Part shown: piece after piece, positions 62,124 to 64,000 of the stretch | Layout: the number at the start of each line of letters is the position of its first letter | Position numbering within the stretch: the first letter of the stretch is position 1 | Assembly: GCA_030390025.1 (NCBI GenBank) | Contig: CM059431.1 | Location: forward strand, 98,148,001 to 98,212,000 | Reading direction: 5' to 3' | Length of the DNA: 64,000 bases | Source: Squalus acanthias | Taxonomy: Eukaryota | Notes under the pieces: generated by a model | Database searches by the model: none | Told to the model about the DNA's origin: nothing | The model's input: only the letters and a program-made list of their open reading frames with translations | Translations under genes and position numbers: made by a program

Positions 62124-62552
62124 TTGTCTCACACACAGGGACAGATCACACTGCCGCAGAACAAGCAGCACACACTGCGATGTCATTGAAACCTTCCCCC
62201 TACAGATTGCAGTCAGTCTATAGTCTAAAATATCAGACTTTAAAATCTCTTATTTAGGCAGGAAAAATATCTGTTGCAATGTTTTTTGTTAAAGTGATTG
62301 TGTTTTTTTCCAAGTTGTGCAAGATGTGAAGGCTGAGTCTATCTTGGGGCTGGAATTTGTGTGTCCCAATAGCGTGGGATAGATAGACCTGTTGGGCCGA
62401 ATGGCCTGTTCCTGTGCTGTACAATTCTATGTAATTCTATCTGAGGGTTTGGGTGTTTGAGGTCTAATCTTTGGGATTGCCTCGATGGTCTGTAGAGCTT
62501 TCACTGCCCTTGTACTTTCCATTGTTCCCATAGAGAAATCGGGGGGGTGGGG

Positions 62553-62554
62553 CG

Positions 62555-62588
<34 letters not shown>

Positions 62589-62900
62589 GAGACACACACA
62601 CTCAGACAGAGATAGACAGAGAGAGACAGACAGAGATAGAGAGCGATAAAGACAGAGAGAGATAGTGAGAGAGAGAGAGTTGGAGAGTCAAAGATATAGA
62701 GACAGAAACAGACCAAGGGAGAGAGAGAGAGAGAGAGATACAGACAGATGAAAGACAGTCAAAGACAGATAGAGAAACAGACAAAAGGGAGAGAGAGAAT
62801 GTGAGAAACAGTCTGAGTGAGAGACAGTCAAGGAGAGAGAGATAGTGTGAGAGACAGAGAGTGAATGACAGACAAAGAGAGGGAGACACACGCACAGAGG
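62553..62900 (+). repeat. Degenerate (GA)n/(GACA)n microsatellite
   Basis: Direct inspection. Confidence 0.9.
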
Positions 62901-63404
62901 GAGTGTGCGAGTGCACAATGTTCAGTGAAGCATTGTGGAGTAAGGGGCAAAGACAAGCGATCCCCAGTAACAGGAGCAGTCACTGGGCTGGAGCGTTTGT
63001 TGTCAAAAAATCGCCGGCGCACTGCTGCAGAGAAAGGCTTCTTTTCCAGATTAGATGTGAGGGTAATATTACAAACTGGGACTGTAGGCCAGCAGGGAGA
63101 TAGGTGGGGGATCTGGACAGGCAGCTCAGTGAGGCTGGTAGGATTGTCCTGGAGGACCTCACTGAGTTACGGATTCCCATTCCTGATTTGGGCTCCGAGG
63201 GGCAAGGTTCTGTGCGGCAGCTTGACTCCGTCCCACCCACCAATCAGGTAGATTTTACATGTTGGCTGGTCCCGATGGAAATCCGTTGGAGGCCACACAT
63301 CGGATGCCAACACCTGTGCCCGATTTCCCAGTCCGAGAGCCTGTCGCACTGAGATCTAACGGGATCACCAGATCATGAAACGTACGCCTCAGTCTCTGCC
63401 CTGT

Positions 63405-63690
63405 AAGGGGACGGTGGCCTAATGGTTACGGTACTGATTGTGAGTTCAAATCCCACCGTGGCAACTGAATTCAATAAATCTTGGTCGTTTGTGGCTGGTC
63501 TCAGTAAAAGTGACCATGAAGCTGTCGGATTGTCGTAAAAACCCAACTGGTTCACTAATGTCCCTTAGGGAAGGAAACCTGCCGTCCTTACCTGGTCTGG
63601 GCCTATATGTGACTCCAGTCCCGCACCGAAGTGGTTGACCTCAGGGCAATAAGGGAAAGGCAATAAATGCGACTTTTGCAGTAGTTGCCC
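63405..63690 (+). mobile_element. tRNA-derived SINE (same family as 2770-3050)
   Basis: A box tggcctaatgg, B box gagttcaaatccc, body ctggttcactaatgtccc..cctggtctggg, tail ggcaataaatgc. Confidence 0.75.
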
Positions 63691-63805
63691 ACAGGCCAAG
63701 GTCAAATACAAAGAAGTGTTTGTTCCAATGCTGAGAGAGGTGAGCTGCCCAATTGAGGATGAGATCCAAGAGTCCTCGATGTACAGAAGCATGGCCAGAC
63801 AATAC

Positions 63806-64000
63806 GGAGAGCTCGCCCACACTACCACAGCCTGTGACCAGGCCCGGGGGATGGAGAGCTCGCCCACACTACCACAGCCTGTGACCAGGCCCGGGGGATG
63901 GAGAGCTCGCCCACACTACCACAGCCTGTGACCAGGCCCGGGGGATGGAGAGCTCGCCCACACTACCACAGCCTGTGACCAGGCCCGGGGGATGGAGAGC
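63806..64000 (+). repeat. 47-bp minisatellite, at least 4 identical copies (runs off window end)
   Basis: Unit gagagctcgcccacactaccacagcctgtgaccaggcccgggggatg at 63807, 63854, 63901, 63948. Confidence 0.95.

Noticed and set aside
60705..62186. 493-aa His/Thr/Leu/Ser-rich ORF
   Set aside because: Translation of a GT/GA simple repeat.
1..64000. CRISPR arrays
   Set aside because: All arrays are head-to-tail tandem repeats without unique spacers; the context is eukaryotic and has no cas genes.

Overview
Vertebrate genomic DNA, almost certainly a cartilaginous fish (shark-type Deu-domain SINEs plus CR1, L2, RTE, Penelope and Tx1 retroelements). Most of the window is retroelement debris and tandem repeats, including a 13.6-kb 24-bp satellite with higher-order structure. 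Nearly all ORFs in the track are repeat artefacts or TE fragments. Small host exons missed by the ORF track are present. On the minus strand, an ATG-TG exon (27570-27694) and a 55-bp exon (26376-26430) together encode a signal peptide, MWCLLLQLLIPVLLADTVLA. A second signal-peptide first exon, MFHLMCSWLLPAVLLLAQT(W/R)SLEAA, occurs twice, head-to-head, in the arms of a ~99% identical 1.1-kb inverted repeat (56811-59391). Exon sizes, phases and end motifs resemble the 5' ends of a head-to-head type IV collagen pair; this is inference, not proof. Other highlights: an ORF1-only Tx1/L1-type element inserted with a 15-bp TSD into a SINE tRNA head; three Penelope elements with hammerhead ribozymes, all truncated at the same KPTD motif; and several minisatellites born inside retroelements. 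Repeat boundaries and copy numbers were estimated by eye.
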